Assembly: GCA_023231475.1 (NCBI GenBank)
Contig: JALJEE010000499.1
Location: 1-53,388 of the forward strand
Length of the DNA stretch: 53,388 bases
Reading direction: 5' to 3'
Source of the DNA: Seison nebaliae
Taxonomy: Eukaryota
Part shown: one piece after another, positions 49,401 to 53,388 of the stretch
Numbering within the stretch: position 1 is the stretch's first letter
Layout: each line of letters begins with the position of its first letter
Position numbers and translations under genes: made by a program
The notes under the pieces: model-generated
What the model was told of the DNA's origin: nothing
The model's database searches: none
The model's input: only the letters and a program-made list of their open reading frames with translations

Positions 49401-51241
49401 TCACTCAACGGCTTCTTCTGGATGAAACGCTGTTGCTTGATGATAATTATTATTGTTGTTATTGTTATTATTGCTGTTTGTAAATTGTTTCGGATTTTGT
49501 CCTCCTTCTCGTTTATGATATGGTTGACGTGGACGATTATTATAAGGTCTCGATTGACCACCACCACCAGCACCACCACTTCCATGACCATTCATTCCAC
49601 CTGACATTTGACCATTATTATTCGCATTGAAATGACGTCGTTCACCATAAGGACGATTCATTTTGGGACCACCACGACCACCACCTCGTCCACGATTCTC
49701 ATTAAAATTACCATTAGAACGTTTATTAAAATTACCGGTGTTATTATTATTTCCACGATATGGTCCTTTATTTCGTCCTCCTCTAAACGGTTCATTTCGA
49801 TGACGATATGGTTTATTTTGATGATTCATTTCACCACCTGAAACCAAAGAAATAAATATGAAATAAATTAAAATAATAATAATGAATAAATAAATGAACC
49901 AGTTTGGAGAGTTGGGTCGACTATTTGTTCGAAATTATTCGGATTAATTTGATCACCCATATCGACAATATGTGAATTGGTTGGAATAATGTTCTCGTTA
50001 TTCATATCGAAATTACTTTCATTAACTCTTTGCAAGTCATTTGGTTGTTGCATCTTTTCAACTAATTCCGTATTATCTGGATTTTCTAATGTGACCCAAT
50101 CATTATCATCAACGACTTTCGTTTCTGGTAGAACATGTTGAGGAACTTGACAAGCGTCGAATTGTGGAACATAATTAAAATTATTCATTTGAGGCATCTG
50201 ATTCTCGTTCATATTCTCCATCTGATGTACCGGTTGTTGTTGTTGTGGTTGTTGTTGTTGTTGTGGTTGTTGATGATGATGATTCATTAACGGAACATTA
50301 TTATTTGTCATTTGATCTATTTGATGTTCGTGAACTGGTTGTTGTGGCATATCGTTAACGAGACATGGTTGTTCATTAACAACATTAATATTGGGTGGAT
50401 GACTTAACATCATATTATTGGGAATCGTATCGAATATTTCCAACATTTGTTCAACACCTTTCTTGAAATCTTTATAAGTCATTTCATTAGGGAAACTTTT
50501 CGCTACTTGGAAATCATATGCATCCATCAAATTATTTTGAATATCAGCCACATTCCATAATTCTTCATTCGTTCTCGCTTCATCCATCAGACTGACGAAA
50601 TGATTCAAATTTTGAATATATTTCCGATATTCACCTGCTTCGAATCGAACATCCGTTTTCGTCGCTAACGCCAATCGAATCAATCGAACATATTCCACAT
50701 TCCTTTGGATGTCTCGCTTCCGATGCCATTGTTTCACATTCTTATTGCACAATTTGAATTGTTTCTCTAATTCCTTATAAATCGATTCGCCTTCCTCAAT
50801 AATCTGTACAGCGAATTGACGTTTCAATTGCAAATCGTTCAATCCATCGATCGATTTCTTCAATAAGAAAAATTAATTTTAATTATCATTTAAAATTAAT
50901 TAAAATTAATTTTAACTTGTTGATCATCATTCAATTTCTTTCCACTTTTCTTCTCTTCAATCAATTTGTCGATTCGAGTCTAAAAATAAAGAAAAATAGG
51001 GAAAATATTTGAGATAATTCTCTTTCAAATAAATTCTAACAATCTTCCTCGACAAATTCTTCTCCTTTTGCTTCAATATCGTTTGATATTTGGTGGCAGT
51101 GGTAAGGAGAGGTTCGTATTGATTCCTCACCTTCTGCCACACAAACGTCTCTTCCTTCCTCTCGTTATCAGCAACACTAGTTATCTCATTGTTGGATGGG
51201 GAGTGGGACATTTTTTTTTCATTCACATCAACCGACGGCAT
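49401..51241 (-). CDS. Caprin-like RNA-binding protein, 4 exons
   Basis: ILKQKEKNLSRKI...SGKKLNDDQ resembles caprin HR1 (KK.RNLEK...G..LN.DQ); Q/N/P-rich middle; RGG-rich C-terminus. Confidence 0.75.
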
Positions 51242-52513
51242 AACTCTTGTAAAATGATTTAAAAGCGTTTTCTTCTTTTTTCACAATCTTAATATAATAA
51301 GCTACATGCAGCACATGTCTCACCAATTCATAGAACATGTGAATGGAAATTCTTCAATTGATTTTCTCAATTATTCTCTCAACTTTCCTCTTTAAATTTT
51401 AAGCGTTCCAATTTTCTACATCAATTCTCGTCTATATTCAATTTTTTTCAATTCCTCATACAAACACCTCTCCTATCTACATCACTGTCAATGTAGAACA
51501 CCACTCCATATTCTACGTGTAATTACACAATGTGTAAATTTACCTCTATTTCCCCAAATTCCTTCGAGGCGAATGTTAAACATTTTCCTCTTTTCCCTTT
51601 CCCTTCGTTGTTCTCCCTTCCCAAAAAGGAGAATTGAAAAAATTTCAAATATTTTTTTGTGATATTGCAACATATTTATTAATCATATCGGGCCCTAATC
51701 CTAACATCTTTTAAATATTTTCTTCTCGAAAAGTCTCTCACATTTCGGATAGAACAGAACTCATGACACATTTCACAATTTCCACTCTCATAACAACTTA
51801 CAAATAATAGAAAAATAAATAAACAAAAAGCATCAAATTTTTATTTAAAATAAAATGGGAAGTTTATTCTAATTCCATTTTTATAATTTTCATTATTAAA
51901 ACTTTTAAATTGATCTTAATTGTGGGAAATTATTAATTCAATATTTCCGTGAAATTGAACATATACAATATCATCACATTTCTCATATGATCCAATATCT
52001 CACATAATTTGATTTGTTTATCATAATATTTACAGAATGAGATCAAACTTCAAACACTTCATATTTAAATTCTATAAAAAAAAAATCAATTAATCGTCAC
52101 ATGGTATGTTGTTGACCAATTGATTTATGTTATTAAATTCAATCTCACTATCCCTCTAATTCCCACCTTAATTTCTGTGCCATTTATTTGCATTGTGGAA
52201 AGTTCAAAATTTAAATACAATTTATTATCACAAATTATTTAAGCATATCACATGAAGTAATAAACAAGTTCGAATAATTGTATAGAAATAATAAATATTT
52301 AATTAGAACTTCGCCTCATCTCTATGGATACGACGAATAAGAATATAATCGAATAAAAAAAAGTATATATATTTGAATAAAATCTAATAAATTGTCTAAC
52401 GTTTCTTTATCATATAACACAAGAAAAGAAGAGAGAGAGAGAAAAAGAAGAAAAATAGAAAGTGAATTATATATTTAGTTATTGATGATTTAACTTGGAA
52501 AAGGGAGAGCCAT

Positions 52514-53388
52514 ATGAAGTTCATTTTGTTATTGGTCGTGATAAGTCTTCTTTGTCACGAGATAATTGGAGCATCATCATTCCGCTTCGCCAATTACTAC
52601 AGCGACGGAGGGATAATTCAAAGAGGAAAACGGAATACTATTTGGGGATATTGTGACAAGGAAGTTCACTCCATTCAATTTGAATCAAATGAGAAAAAAT
52701 ATGAAGCTATTATTAGTCAGAGTGAAGTGGATTGTAAATGGAAGATTATCATAGAAGAATGTGAATTAGGAAAGACTTATTCACTAAATGGAACTGAGAA
52801 AATTACTTCGAATTCAAATGATGATATTCATATTCAAATTGGTGGATTGTTATGTGGCGATATTTGGATTTGTTCAGGTCAAAGTAATATGCAGTTGATG
52901 TTATCACAAGTATTCCGATATAAAGAAGAGCAAGCGTTAGCTGTCGAATATCCACAAGTTCGATTATTGGCAGTTTTGAGGAAAGATATGGCGACAGAAC
53001 AAAATGAACCGATTATTACAATGAATTGGACTAGACCGACTGTTGATAATGTAGCTAGTTTTTCTGCAGTTTGTTGGATGTTCGGTCGTCGTTTATTCGA
53101 CAAAGAGAGAGTTCCAATAGGATTGATTAATTCATGTTATGGTGGCTCAGCAATCCAATGTTGGGTGGATGATGATGTTTTGGATAAATGTGACATTTCT
53201 CAAAATGAGTTCCCTAAAGGAATTATTCGAAATGAGAGAAATAATATAGAAATATATGAACCAAAAGTTCTATGGAATGGAATGATTCATCCATTTCTCA
53301 ATTTATCCATAACTGGAGTATTATGGTATCAAGGAGAACAGAATGCTGCAATGTTCCATAATAAATATTCATGTTTAACAAGAGAAAT
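52514..53388 (+). CDS. SIAE: Sialate O-acetylesterase-like (SGNH hydrolase), runs off the window end
   Basis: Signal peptide, FRFANYYSD, GDIWICSGQSNMQ, FSAVCWMFGR, PIGLINSCYGGSAIQCW, LWNGMIHPF, GVLWYQGE. Confidence 0.92.
   Translation, partial: MKFILLLVVISLLCHEIIGASSFRFANYYSDGGIIQRGKRNTIWGYCDKEVHSIQFESNEKKYEAIISQSEVDCKWKIIIEECELGKTYSLNGTEKITSNSNDDIHIQIGGLLCGDIWICSGQSNMQLMLSQVFRYKEEQALAVEYPQVRLLAVLRKDMATEQNEPIITMNWTRPTVDNVASFSAVCWMFGRRLFDKERVPIGLINSCYGGSAIQCWVDDDVLDKCDISQNEFPKGIIRNERNNIEIYEPKVLWNGMIHPFLNLSITGVLWYQGEQNAAMFHNKYSCLTRE

Noticed and set aside
51690..51705. CCCTAATCCTAAC as a telomerase RNA template or telomeric remnant
   Set aside because: Imperfect, short, without supporting structure, and the organism's telomere repeat is unknown.
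410..53103. Numerous short antisense or overlapping ORFs in the track, and a possible alternative genetic code
   Set aside because: They are shadows of real genes or run into introns. In-frame stops are explained by short introns, and TAA, TAG and TGA all end conserved proteins at the expected positions.
52514..53388. SIAE as a bacterial horizontal transfer
   Set aside because: The FRFANYY N-terminus and signal peptide resemble animal SIAE, and intronless genes are common in this window. A phylogeny would be needed to claim transfer.

Overview
Very AT-rich, highly compact nuclear genome segment of an invertebrate animal, not a prokaryote or phage. Evidence: spliceosomal introns of about 37-120 nt, an ionotropic glutamate receptor and a neuropeptide precursor. 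A miniaturised spiralian such as a seisonid rotifer is only a guess. About 24 protein genes were reconstructed by hand by joining ORF fragments across introns: SPOP-like, NPC2-like, Arp3, KLHL10-like, four thioredoxin-fold paralogs, UFC1, mL53, lunapark, UQCR11, TERT, mitochondrial RNA polymerase, a KCTD-like protein, an orphan, an iGluR, two head-to-head vWA/EGF/chitin-binding genes, a prohormone, a ZSWIM4/5/6-like protein, ZnT1, caprin and a partial SIAE. Most unusual signals: (1) 5' splice sites are almost uniformly GTT (38 of 40 introns reconstructed in the first 18.6 kb); (2) a TERT whose motif B' QG dyad reads HS; (3) a 56-aa CaaX microprotein directly behind an RFX X-box; (4) an unfamiliar family of secreted or anchored thioredoxin-fold proteins; (5) a bidirectional pair of vWA + chitin-binding matrix genes; (6) an unfamiliar cyclic neuropeptide. 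All exon structures are manual predictions with no RNA support.
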